Notes: generated by a model from the sequence alone, not told the origin. Positions 10,403 through 18,960 are shown, numbered from the stretch's first letter. The stretch is DNA of 64,000 bases from Bacteroidota bacterium (GCA_015222055.1 JADFUR010000116.1:93658-157657), one strand, 5' to 3'. Numbers and translations: made by a program.

Positions 10403-10987
10403 ATGACCAAAGAAATCAAACGATGTGCTTGGGTGACTCTTGACGATTTATATGTTCAATATCACGATACTGAATGGGGAGTGCCTGTGTATGATGATAA
10501 AAAATTATTTGAATTTTTAATTCTCGAATCATTTCAAGCAGGTTTGAGCTGGATTACTATATTGCGTAAGCGGGAGAATTTTAGGAAAGCTTTTGATGAT
10601 TTTGACTTTAATAAAATTGCTTTATATAATGATGAGAAGTTTGAATCCCTGATGAAAGATGCCGGAATTATACGTAATAGATTGAAAATTAAAGCAGCAA
10701 TTTCTAATGCAAAAGAATTTATTAAAGTTAAAAAAGAATTTGGGTCATTCAGTGATTATATTTGGGGATTTGTTAATTATAAACCCACAATAAATAATTT
10801 TAAAACCATGAAAGATGTTCCTGCTAAAACCGAGCTCTCCGATGAGATTAGTAAAGATTTGAAGAAGCGTGGGTTTAAGTTTGTTGGTTCAACCATAATT
10901 TATTCACACATGCAAGCAACTGGAATGGTTAACGATCATACAACAGATTGTTATAGATATGAAGAAATTTGCAATATTATTTCATAA
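10403..10987 (+). CDS. tag: DNA-3-methyladenine glycosylase I
   Basis: RCAW...YHDTEWGVP and LILESFQAGLSW motifs, C-terminal HxxxC zinc ligand region, 194 aa. Confidence 0.93.
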   Translation: MTKEIKRCAWVTLDDLYVQYHDTEWGVPVYDDKKLFEFLILESFQAGLSWITILRKRENFRKAFDDFDFNKIALYNDEKFESLMKDAGIIRNRLKIKAAISNAKEFIKVKKEFGSFSDYIWGFVNYKPTINNFKTMKDVPAKTELSDEISKDLKKRGFKFVGSTIIYSHMQATGMVNDHTTDCYRYEEICNIIS

Positions 10988-11022
10988 AAAAATGACTGTC
11001 TTAATTAAACAGCCATTTTTTT
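10986..11022. terminator. bidirectional terminator hairpin between tag and the TlpA-like gene
   Basis: AAAAATGACTGT / ACAGCCATTTTT, a 12-bp stem with one mismatch. A/T runs on both sides. Convergent genes. Confidence 0.6.
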
Positions 11023-11034
11023 ATGAAGTAATAT

Positions 11035-12189
11035 TTATTCAAATAGTTTGTTCAGCTTTTGTTCTAAAGCCGGGCCTCTTAAATTTTTTCCAATTATTTT
11101 ACCTTCTTTATCAAGCAAATAACTTGCAGGAATACTTTGTATTTTATATAACTGAGCCGCACTCGATTTCCAAAATTTTAGGTCGCTAACATGATGCCAT
11201 GTAAGACGGTCGTCCCTAATTGCTTTTACCCAATCGTCTTTTTTCCTGTCGAGAGATACTTGAAAAATTTCAAATCCCTTGTGGTGAAATTTTTTATAAT
11301 TAGCAACAAGATTTGGATTTTCCATTCTACATGGGTTACACCAAGCTGCCCAAAAATCAAGCAATACATATTCTCCTCTTAATGAATATAACGAGATTGT
11401 GTCTCCTTTAGGTGTTGGCAATGCAATATCTGGAGGAACAGATCCAATTCCAAAATTTTTTGCATTTGTTTGCTCTTTTTTAATTTGCATTTTTGTTTTT
11501 TCAACAAAAGAGTTAAGAAGTTTAGTGATGTTTATATCAGGATAACTTACGCTTAAAGCAGAATCAACCAACTCAAAATATTTAAAATCTTTTGCAGGGT
11601 TGAGTAAAGCAACTCTTTGACTTATTTTTTGAGATAATGCAACATAAGAAGCTAATGAAGATTTGTGTTCTTCAATAAATGAAACTAAAAAGTTTTTCTC
11701 ATTTTGAAAAATTTCATTGCTGGTTTGTGTTAATTCCTGAATAATTGAATCCAGTTTAGGATTGTTTTGATTATTATTATAGATAACATTTAACGAATCT
11801 AAACGAATCATACTATTAGAAAGATGCTTGTTTAGTTCTTTTACTAAACTCGATTCTTCAGAACCTTCTACATTATAAGTGCCTGATAAATCGTTAGCAT
11901 CGGCAATTATTTTAATTTTTTCCCCGGGTTTTACAATTAATCGAATATAATTATTCATTGAGAAATAAAGAATCAGGTCTTTGGGTTCAGTAGAATTAAC
12001 TGCAAACAAAAATTCATTGTTTTTATCAATGTTTGTTGAATCAGGAGTTTGATTAACAGAAGCCAAATCTATTAAGTGGATTTTTTTATTAGCACCATTC
12101 TCAATTTTACCGGTTATTTCAAAGCTGTCGGCATTAGTGCATGAATATGCAACAAATAGCATTATAAAAAGATACAAAAATTTTTTCAT
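11035..12189 (-). CDS. TlpA-like thiol-disulfide oxidoreductase lipoprotein
   Basis: Signal peptide with lipobox (VAYSC). C-terminal thioredoxin fold with the redox motif FWAAWCNPCR. Long N-terminal domain as in DUF4369-type Bacteroidota proteins. Confidence 0.85.
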   Translation of the reverse strand: MKKFLYLFIMLFVAYSCTNADSFEITGKIENGANKKIHLIDLASVNQTPDSTNIDKNNEFLFAVNSTEPKDLILYFSMNNYIRLIVKPGEKIKIIADANDLSGTYNVEGSEESSLVKELNKHLSNSMIRLDSLNVIYNNNQNNPKLDSIIQELTQTSNEIFQNEKNFLVSFIEEHKSSLASYVALSQKISQRVALLNPAKDFKYFELVDSALSVSYPDINITKLLNSFVEKTKMQIKKEQTNAKNFGIGSVPPDIALPTPKGDTISLYSLRGEYVLLDFWAAWCNPCRMENPNLVANYKKFHHKGFEIFQVSLDRKKDDWVKAIRDDRLTWHHVSDLKFWKSSAAQLYKIQSIPASYLLDKEGKIIGKNLRGPALEQKLNKLFE

Positions 12190-12359
12190 GTGTTTGTGTT
12201 TTAGTATTTAGTTATTATTTAGTGATTTACATTGAAAATACAAAAATAATTATTTATAACATTAAGTTCAAATATAGTTTGTTAATTATCATAATGATTA
12301 AGTTTTAAATTAATTCTTAACACCCAAATACATATTGACATATATAACTTTGTTGCTGA

Positions 12360-13805
12360 TTAATTATTGTTCAAATATTTTTTTAATATTTCAGAAACAA
12401 GTTTTGCATTAACATTCCCATCAGTTTTTTTCATAATTTTCCCCATAAAAAACCCTATTAATGAGCTTCTTCCATTTTTATATTCTTTAACTTTTTCAGG
12501 ATATCTGTCAGCAATAAGTTTAACTAAGGCAATTATCTGAATTTTATCATTTTGTTGAGTTAAATTATTTTGTTTGGCAATATCAAGTGGCGTTTTTAAA
12601 GGATCGTTTATCATTAATGGGAATAGTTTTTTTGATGCAACAGACTTGCTAACTATCTCGTTGTCAGTCAGATTTATTAAAATTGCAATGTGTTTTGCAG
12701 ATATTTTGAAATCATTAATACTTATTGAATTTTCATTCAAATACGATTTAATATTAACCATAAGCCAATTAGCGGCTGATTTATAATTGTTTGTATGCAC
12801 AATTATTTTTTCATAATAATAGGCAATCTCTTTATTGTCAATAATTGTTGAAGCATCATAATTGCTTAAGCCTAGTTCTTTATATTTTTTAAAGAGTTGA
12901 GACGGTAACAAAGTCAATGTTTTTTTTATCTTTTCAATAAATTCATCGGATATAATAAGAGGCGGAATATCTGGTTCGGGAAAATACCGGTAATCATTTT
13001 CTCCTTCTTTTGTTCTCATTACTTTTGTTTGCCCTGTATCTGCATTAAAGCTGCGTGTCTCCTGAACGATTTTATTGTTTTTTTCCAACTCATTAATCTG
13101 TCTCTTTATTTCATAATTAATTGCTTTTTTTGTGTTAGAAAAAGAATTTATGTTTTTTATTTCAGTTCGAACACCAAGATTTTTACTGCCGGTTAATCGT
13201 ATCGAAATATTTGCATCGCATCGTAAGTTTCCTTTTTCCATATCTCCTGTGCTAATACCAAGATAACGAACCAGCCTTCTAATTTGAGATAAAAATTTGG
13301 CAGCTTCGTTTCCTGTATTTAATTCGGGTTTTGTAACCAGCTCTAATAAAGGCACACCTGCACGGTTTAAATCAATATAACTATTGTTTTTTTTATGAAT
13401 GCTTTTGCCGGAATCTTCTTCAATATGAATTCTTTCAATATTGATTTTTTTGTCGTTGTTATTTCCATCTTTAATGATGAGACACCCTTCATAACAAATT
13501 GGTGTTTTAAATTGTGTTATCTGATATCCTTTTGGCATGTCGGGATAAAAATAATTTTTACGAGCAAACTCATTATGTTTATTTATTTTTGAGTTTGTTG
13601 CTAAACCAAGCATAACAGCATCTTTAACAACCTCCTGGTTTAATTTTGGCAGAGTGCCGGGATATCCTACCGATATCTCATTAATATTTGTATTTGGTAA
13701 AAGATTATACTCAGCAGAATCTCTTGAGAAAATTTTGCTTTTTGTGTTTAGCTGAATGTGAATTTCTAAACCAATAACCGTCTGATATTTATTATTACTA
13801 TTCAT
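12360..13805 (-). CDS. gatB: Asp-tRNA(Asn)/Glu-tRNA(Gln) amidotransferase subunit B
   Basis: YQTVIGLEIHIQL start, EEDSGK, YFPEPD, C-terminal YqeY-like tail. 481 aa. Confidence 0.96.
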   Translation of the reverse strand: MNSNNKYQTVIGLEIHIQLNTKSKIFSRDSAEYNLLPNTNINEISVGYPGTLPKLNQEVVKDAVMLGLATNSKINKHNEFARKNYFYPDMPKGYQITQFKTPICYEGCLIIKDGNNNDKKINIERIHIEEDSGKSIHKKNNSYIDLNRAGVPLLELVTKPELNTGNEAAKFLSQIRRLVRYLGISTGDMEKGNLRCDANISIRLTGSKNLGVRTEIKNINSFSNTKKAINYEIKRQINELEKNNKIVQETRSFNADTGQTKVMRTKEGENDYRYFPEPDIPPLIISDEFIEKIKKTLTLLPSQLFKKYKELGLSNYDASTIIDNKEIAYYYEKIIVHTNNYKSAANWLMVNIKSYLNENSISINDFKISAKHIAILINLTDNEIVSKSVASKKLFPLMINDPLKTPLDIAKQNNLTQQNDKIQIIALVKLIADRYPEKVKEYKNGRSSLIGFFMGKIMKKTDGNVNAKLVSEILKKYLNNN

Positions 13806-14088
13806 TTAAGCTTTTTTGCATAAAAAATAAACTGATTGAGACTATTCCGAGAACAAAAGTTGTCAATTTATAGTCGCTTAGTGGCTTTTCAACAAAATAA
13901 TATGCCTACTCAAAATGTATTGCTTTAAATTGCTAAGACCTAACAGGTTCTCTATTGTTCATGTTATTAGCTACTTAGTTATACTATTTTCTTGTTCTCA
14001 CAAACCTCTTAGGTCTGTTTGAAACAAACTCATTAACTTAAATATAAAAATATAAACAAAAAATGTGATAAACAATTAATGCTTTTTA

Positions 14089-14096
14089 TATTTTTG
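14089..14096 (+). promoter_or_regulatory. -7 TAnnTTTG promoter element upstream of ribF
   Basis: TATTTTTG, 80 nt before GTG 14176. Confidence 0.35.
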
Positions 14097-14175
14097 CATG
14101 ATATTATTTTGGAGGCACGAGTTTTGTGAGAAAGTGTAAAAGACTTTAATACAAAAAGAGAAAAAAATTAAAGCT

Positions 14176-15111
14176 GTGAAGATTTATACAAACATTGAAA
14201 ATATAGAAAAATTTAATGCAAAAAATTCTGTGCTTACAATTGGTACTTTCGATGGTGTCCATTTGGGTCATGTTAAGGTGATTAACAACATGAAAAAAAT
14301 TGCTGGTCAAATTAATGGTGAAACGGTGTTGTTTACTTTTTATCCTCACCCGCGTTTTGTTGTCAGTACAGAAAAAAAAGAAATAAAACTAATTACCACA
14401 ATAGAAGAAAAGAAAGTCTTGCTTGAGAAAGCCGGCATTGACCATCTTATTATTTATCCTTTCACAAAAGAATTTTCACAATTAAGCTATATCGATTTTG
14501 TAAAGAATATTCTTGTAAAAAAATTAAACTTAAAACATCTTGTTGTAGGATACGACCATAAATTTGGGCATAATCGCGAAGGTTCGTTCGAGTATCTAAA
14601 AGAATGTGCAAAAAAATACAATTTTAGTATTGAACAAACTGAAGCATTAAATGTAAATAATATTAGCATAAGCTCAACAATAATTAGACAGGCTTTGCGT
14701 GAAGGAGATATTGTTGCTGCAAACAAGGGCTTAGGATACAGTTTCTCGGTTACTGGACAAGTTGTAAGAGGAAAGGGATTAGGCCGTCAGATTGGATTTC
14801 CTACTGCGAATATCGACTATCATAAAGACAAGCTAATTCCTGGCGGTGGTATTTATGCCGTTCGTGTAATTGTTGATAATGAAATTTTTAAAGGGATGTT
14901 AAATATTGGGTTCCGCCCAACCGTTAATGATGACAAAACAGATATTACCTTTGAAGTAAATATTTTTGATTTCGATAGAGATATCTATGATACAAATATT
15001 ACTGTCAATTTTAAGAAACGTATTAGAAGTGAGAAAAAATTTGAGAGCTTGTTAGATTTAAGAAATCAGTTAAAAATTGATAAACTTGAGGCTTTAAATA
15101 TTTTGAAATAG
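14176..15111 (+). CDS. ribF: bifunctional riboflavin kinase / FMN adenylyltransferase
   Basis: GTFDGVHLGH nucleotidyltransferase motif. C-terminal riboflavin kinase motif GFPTAN...GG(I)YA. GTG start. Confidence 0.93.
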   Translation: MKIYTNIENIEKFNAKNSVLTIGTFDGVHLGHVKVINNMKKIAGQINGETVLFTFYPHPRFVVSTEKKEIKLITTIEEKKVLLEKAGIDHLIIYPFTKEFSQLSYIDFVKNILVKKLNLKHLVVGYDHKFGHNREGSFEYLKECAKKYNFSIEQTEALNVNNISISSTIIRQALREGDIVAANKGLGYSFSVTGQVVRGKGLGRQIGFPTANIDYHKDKLIPGGGIYAVRVIVDNEIFKGMLNIGFRPTVNDDKTDITFEVNIFDFDRDIYDTNITVNFKKRIRSEKKFESLLDLRNQLKIDKLEALNILK

Positions 15112-15164
15112 AGCTCGTAATTGCGAACGCAGTGAAGCAGTCCCCTTTTTCAGAGTAGACTTAT

Positions 15165-15815
15165 TTATAAAATATCTACTAAATCTAATGGATTATTTAT
15201 TACATGTTTTGCACCATTTGCAATTAATTCTTCCTTTGTTCTGAAACCCCACAAAACACCAACAGCATACATTTCTGCATTATTTGCCGTTTGCATATCA
15301 ATATCTGTGTCTCCAACATAAATCATTTCTTCCGGTTTAATTCCTGTTTTTTTGCTTATTAACAAGGCTGTTCGTGGGCTTGGTTTTCTGTATTTTTCCT
15401 CGGTTAATCCCATTATCTCAGAAAATTTTATTTTCGGAAATAAATTCAATATGATTTTTTTTGTTAATTCGTCTGCCTTGTTTGAAAACACAGAAATTTT
15501 TATATTCCGAGAACTAAATTCGTTAAGTAATTCAACAATCCCAACATAAGGCTTTGTTTTATTAATGCAATTATTGCGATAAACTTCAATAAAAGAATCA
15601 AAACATTCATTAATAAATTTTTCATTTTTATTTGAATCGGGAAGGGCATCACGCACTAAATTTTTTATTCCTTTACCTGTTAAATGTTTGTAGGCTTTAA
15701 GCTCATGTGTGGGAAACCCAAGTTTTTCAAGAACAATATTCATAGAATCTGCTAAATCTTCAAGAGAATTAACAAGAGTTCCATCTAAGTCGAAAATAAC
15801 ACCTTTAAATTTCAT
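15165..15815 (-). CDS. HAD-superfamily hydrolase (phosphoglycolate phosphatase-like)
   Basis: HAD motif I IFDLDGTLVNS, motif II SNK, motif IV VGDTDIDM. 216 aa. Confidence 0.85.
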   Translation of the reverse strand: MKFKGVIFDLDGTLVNSLEDLADSMNIVLEKLGFPTHELKAYKHLTGKGIKNLVRDALPDSNKNEKFINECFDSFIEVYRNNCINKTKPYVGIVELLNEFSSRNIKISVFSNKADELTKKIILNLFPKIKFSEIMGLTEEKYRKPSPRTALLISKKTGIKPEEMIYVGDTDIDMQTANNAEMYAVGVLWGFRTKEELIANGAKHVINNPLDLVDIL

Positions 15816-15992
15816 AATATTTTTTTATTTTTTATAAAGACAGATATATTTTAATGAAGAGTTAAATTATTTATAAGCAAGGATTTTTCACTCAAATTAA
15901 TTCTAAAACAAAACTGCCAAAAATAGATGTTAAAGTTAATAATTTATGTGATTATAAGTTTTCATCAAGGGGAATTTTTATTATAGTTTTTA

Positions 15993-16016
15993 CGAATATG
16001 TTATATAACATATTCG
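15993..16016. promoter_or_regulatory. perfect 24-bp palindrome (candidate operator or hairpin)
   Basis: CGAATATGTTAT|ATAACATATTCG read directly. The arms are exact reverse complements with no spacer. It lies in the divergent HAD/orphan-lipoprotein intergenic region. Confidence 0.7.
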
Positions 16017-16027
16017 GGGGGGGGGGG
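16016..16027. repeat. G12 homopolymer tract
   Basis: Twelve consecutive G read directly (tattcGGGGGGGGGGGGtaaat). It is the longest G/C run I noticed in this AT-rich window. It lies 77 nt upstream of ATG 16104. Confidence 0.95.
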
Positions 16028-16160
16028 TAAATATAATTTTTATTTGTAATTCTGTAATATAAATATAAAAAATAATTTTTATTAACTAAATTTTAAAATT
16101 TTGATGAAAAAAACAACATTAATTATTTTTGTAATTGCAATGTAGTTCGTTGCAATTTAT

Positions 16161-17084
16161 TTGGCAAGTTGCCAAAAAAACAACAATTTAACACAAAAAC
16201 AGGAACTCTGTAGTGATGACCAAAAAATTGAACAGCAAATTATTCAATTTAAAAATCAACTGAGTGATACTAAGAAGTCCGGAGAAATTGTGGAATTAGA
16301 TTCGGCAATTTGGTATATTAATTTTACTTTAAATTATACATATACATTTCCGTATATTGAATATTGTGATTATTATATTGATTCAGCCTTTGTAACTATG
16401 AATATTTATGACGATGTTGTAACTTTTATCGAACTAGGTAAGACTTATTGCGATATTGAAGACGTTTTGCGTGAACATTTTTTTAGTATTGAAAACACAA
16501 ATAAACACATTGTTAATATTTTTATGGAAGAAACAGATATATGTGAAAATAATACAATTGAATTTAAAATTGTTTCAGAAGTAGGCGTTTATAATACTGA
16601 AAAATCTACAAATGTGAGTAATACGGATAATCCTTTCGGCTCAACAGATTGGTGGTCTATGGGGAGTGGAAAATGTGGCATTTATTCCGATTATGCAGGA
16701 TGGGATGCAGAATGGGATGCAGCAAAAAAAATATCTAAAGCTGTTAATACAAAATTGGCAAATCATTCTTTTGCGTATTATTTTACTGACGATACGTTTT
16801 TTAATTTATTACCTTGGACTACCTCATCAATCCCTAATGGTTTAGAATATTATTTGTGCCCAGAGAGCTGTTGCCTTTCTTCTCAAAACATGAATTGTTA
16901 TTATCACAGGATGTTAGAACTTTTTGATTATTACAAACCTTCAGGCAAGAGTTTTCATTATGTAACTATATACGCATCTTGGGATGTTGGAATAAAAGGA
17001 GATCCTTTCTTTGATGTTAATGTGCTGCTTTACGGCATAAAACATAAACGTGAAACAGCTCCAGTTAATCCATGTTTAAAATAA
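16161..17084 (+). CDS. hypothetical Cys-rich protein; probable lipoprotein whose signal peptide is cut off by an in-frame TAG (full unit 16104..17084)
   Basis: Long clean ORF with no family I recognise and more than 15 Cys. The same frame upstream reads ATG(16104) MKKTTLIIFVIAM-TAG(16143)-FVAIYLASC. That is a complete lipoprotein signal with an LASC lipobox, interrupted by one stop codon. Confidence 0.6.
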   Translation: MASCQKNNNLTQKQELCSDDQKIEQQIIQFKNQLSDTKKSGEIVELDSAIWYINFTLNYTYTFPYIEYCDYYIDSAFVTMNIYDDVVTFIELGKTYCDIEDVLREHFFSIENTNKHIVNIFMEETDICENNTIEFKIVSEVGVYNTEKSTNVSNTDNPFGSTDWWSMGSGKCGIYSDYAGWDAEWDAAKKISKAVNTKLANHSFAYYFTDDTFFNLLPWTTSSIPNGLEYYLCPESCCLSSQNMNCYYHRMLELFDYYKPSGKSFHYVTIYASWDVGIKGDPFFDVNVLLYGIKHKRETAPVNPCLK

Positions 17085-17109
17085 AAAAGCGATATTGTCG
17101 TTAATAATT

Positions 17110-17146
17110 ATAGCCCTAACTGATTTTATAAATCTGTTAGGGCTAT
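17110..17146 (+). terminator. hairpin between the orphan lipoprotein gene and the beta-helix gene
   Basis: ATAGCCCTAAC / GTTAGGGCTAT, an 11-bp perfect stem with a 15-nt loop. There is no clean T-run, so terminator function is uncertain. Confidence 0.45.
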
Positions 17147-17171
17147 ATAAAATATTTAATATTTAAATTAT

Positions 17172-18743
17172 ATGAAAACATACACTTTATTAGTATTTTT
17201 TTGTTTTTATTCAGTATCAATATTTTCACAAAGCATTATTGCAGAAGACACAATAAAACAAAACACTATATGGAACACCGATACTGTTTTTGTTAAAGGT
17301 AATGTTTTTATTCCCGATAGTATAAATTTAAACATTGAGCCCGGTGTAAATGTTATTGTAAACGGCTATTATTATATTGATGTTAAAGGCAGCTTAACTG
17401 CAAAAGGTGCTAAAGCAGATATGATAAAATTTACAATATCTGACACTACCGGTTTCTCCGACACAAGCGTTGTTGCAGGAGGCTGGCAGGGAATACATTT
17501 TAATAATGTTTCGGAATCCAACGACAGCTCAATATTTGATTATTGTATAATTGAATACGCTAAAGTAATTACTGATACTTTGTTGGGAGGAGGAATAAGT
17601 GCAAAAGATTTTTCAAAAATTCGAATTTCTAATTCAATAATACAACACAATTATTCTTATAAGCAGGGAGGTGGCTTGCTTTTTATAAATTCTTCGCCTA
17701 TTATCTCAAACAATGAATTTTATTATAACAAGACTTATTACTATGGGGGAGGTATTTATATTGAAGGGGAATCTAATGCGTTAATTAAAAATAATTTATT
17801 TAAAGACAATTCGGCATTCAAGTTATTATACGGACCATACGGAACAGGAGGTGGTGGATGTGGAAGTGCAGTATATGTTACAAATGAGGAATTATATAAT
17901 ACTCAAAACCCAATAATTATAAATAACAAATGTTTTAGTAATGAATCTGTTGATGGTACAATATACGAGAGTACAGTAAGCTCAAAAGTAATTAATAATG
18001 TTATTTGCAATAATTTTGGAGATGGAATTACTAATGGGCATCAATTAAGTCATTGTATTTATTCTAATAACACAGTTTGCAATAATTATGCTCCTTCCGG
18101 AGGAATTACGGTTTTTTCAAATGGTTTAAAAATGCTAAATAATATAGTTTGGGGAAACAGTTATTGTTATCAGACACCACAAATTTATTTTTTATATGGA
18201 GAATCTACTATCGAGTATAATTGCATTGAAGGAGGCGGATTTAAAGGAGAAGGTAATATTGACAGAAACCCTGAATTTGTTAATCCAAGTCCGGGAGTAG
18301 GTTTAGATTATGAAGGAGATCAATATGACTGGTCGCTCAGCAAAAATTCACCATGTATTAATGCCGGCACTCCTGATACAACAGATTTGTATTTACCCCA
18401 ATATGATATGGCGGGAAATTTAAGAATTATGCACGACACTATTGATATTGGTGCATTCGAATATCAATCAGACATTAATAGTATTTTTGATTTTGAAACA
18501 ACTGCAAAAAAATTTACTGTTTACCCTAATCCTGCAACCAATTTTGTTAATATTAGTTTTACACAAAATATAAACGCCAATAAATTTGAAATATATAATA
18601 TTACAGGTAAGTTAATTTTGTTGAAACAATTAGAATCCTCATTAACAACAATTAATGTTACAGATTTATCAAAAGGCTTATATTTTTATCGTATAAAATA
18701 CGATGATAAAACAATTGACACAGGTAAGTTTATAAAACAATGA
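17172..18743 (+). CDS. right-handed parallel beta-helix repeat protein with T9SS C-terminal sorting domain
   Basis: Signal peptide (FSQS). Repeated N-rich ~22-aa segments with GGGI/NN(x)F patterns, typical of pectate-lyase-like beta-helices. The C-terminal ~80 aa (FTVYPNPATNFVNISF...GLYFYRIKYDDKTIDTGKFIKQ) match the type A T9SS sorting domain. Confidence 0.8.
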   Translation: MKTYTLLVFFCFYSVSIFSQSIIAEDTIKQNTIWNTDTVFVKGNVFIPDSINLNIEPGVNVIVNGYYYIDVKGSLTAKGAKADMIKFTISDTTGFSDTSVVAGGWQGIHFNNVSESNDSSIFDYCIIEYAKVITDTLLGGGISAKDFSKIRISNSIIQHNYSYKQGGGLLFINSSPIISNNEFYYNKTYYYGGGIYIEGESNALIKNNLFKDNSAFKLLYGPYGTGGGGCGSAVYVTNEELYNTQNPIIINNKCFSNESVDGTIYESTVSSKVINNVICNNFGDGITNGHQLSHCIYSNNTVCNNYAPSGGITVFSNGLKMLNNIVWGNSYCYQTPQIYFLYGESTIEYNCIEGGGFKGEGNIDRNPEFVNPSPGVGLDYEGDQYDWSLSKNSPCINAGTPDTTDLYLPQYDMAGNLRIMHDTIDIGAFEYQSDINSIFDFETTAKKFTVYPNPATNFVNISFTQNINANKFEIYNITGKLILLKQLESSLTTINVTDLSKGLYFYRIKYDDKTIDTGKFIKQ

Positions 18744-18760
18744 TGTTTTGTGGGTTAAAT

Positions 18761-18797
18761 AAAAAAAACATTCCCACAGTTAAAATTGTGGGAATGT
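18761..18797. terminator. bidirectional terminator between the beta-helix gene and pheS
   Basis: ACATTCCCACA / TGTGGGAATGT, an 11-bp perfect stem with an 8-nt loop. It is preceded by A8, which is a U8 tail for the minus-strand pheS transcript. Confidence 0.7.
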
Positions 18798-18960
18798 TGA
18801 GTTTCCTCCGAAAATAAAGTTTTCGAAAAATTATATTAAGCTATAAAACATGTGCTTTTGGCAACCAATGTTTTACTATTATGAAAAGACCTGTAAATCC
18901 TGTTAAAAATGATTTTTAGTAGGGAACTCAATTTTATATAAAAAGAATTACACCAAAATA

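Noticed and set aside
13806-14175. FMN (RFN) riboswitch upstream of ribF.
   Set aside because: ribF is not normally RFN-controlled, and the G+C-rich conserved RFN core helices are not present in this AT-rich spacer.
15112-15164. A G+C-rich 35-nt segment (GAGCTCGTAATTGCGAACGCAGTGAAGCAGTCCCC) followed by T6, between convergent ribF and the HAD gene. It looked like a terminator or a repeat-element remnant.
   Set aside because: I could not find a stable stem: there is no complement to the GTCCCC that precedes the T-run, and no second copy in the window. It may still terminate transcription, but the sequence does not demonstrate it.
15816-16160. Invertible-promoter (Bacteroides fin/PSA-type) switch around the palindrome.
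   Set aside because: Inversion switches need two separated inverted repeats flanking a promoter, and usually a nearby recombinase. Here the two arms abut with no spacer and no invertase gene is present in the window.
18798-18960. The 160-bp gap upstream of the pheS stop was inspected for small RNA genes (SRP RNA, 6S RNA, tRNA).
   Set aside because: There is no tRNA-like T-arm (GGTTCGAATCC type), no SRP or RNase P conserved core, and only a 6-bp CGAAAA/TTTTCG hairpin.
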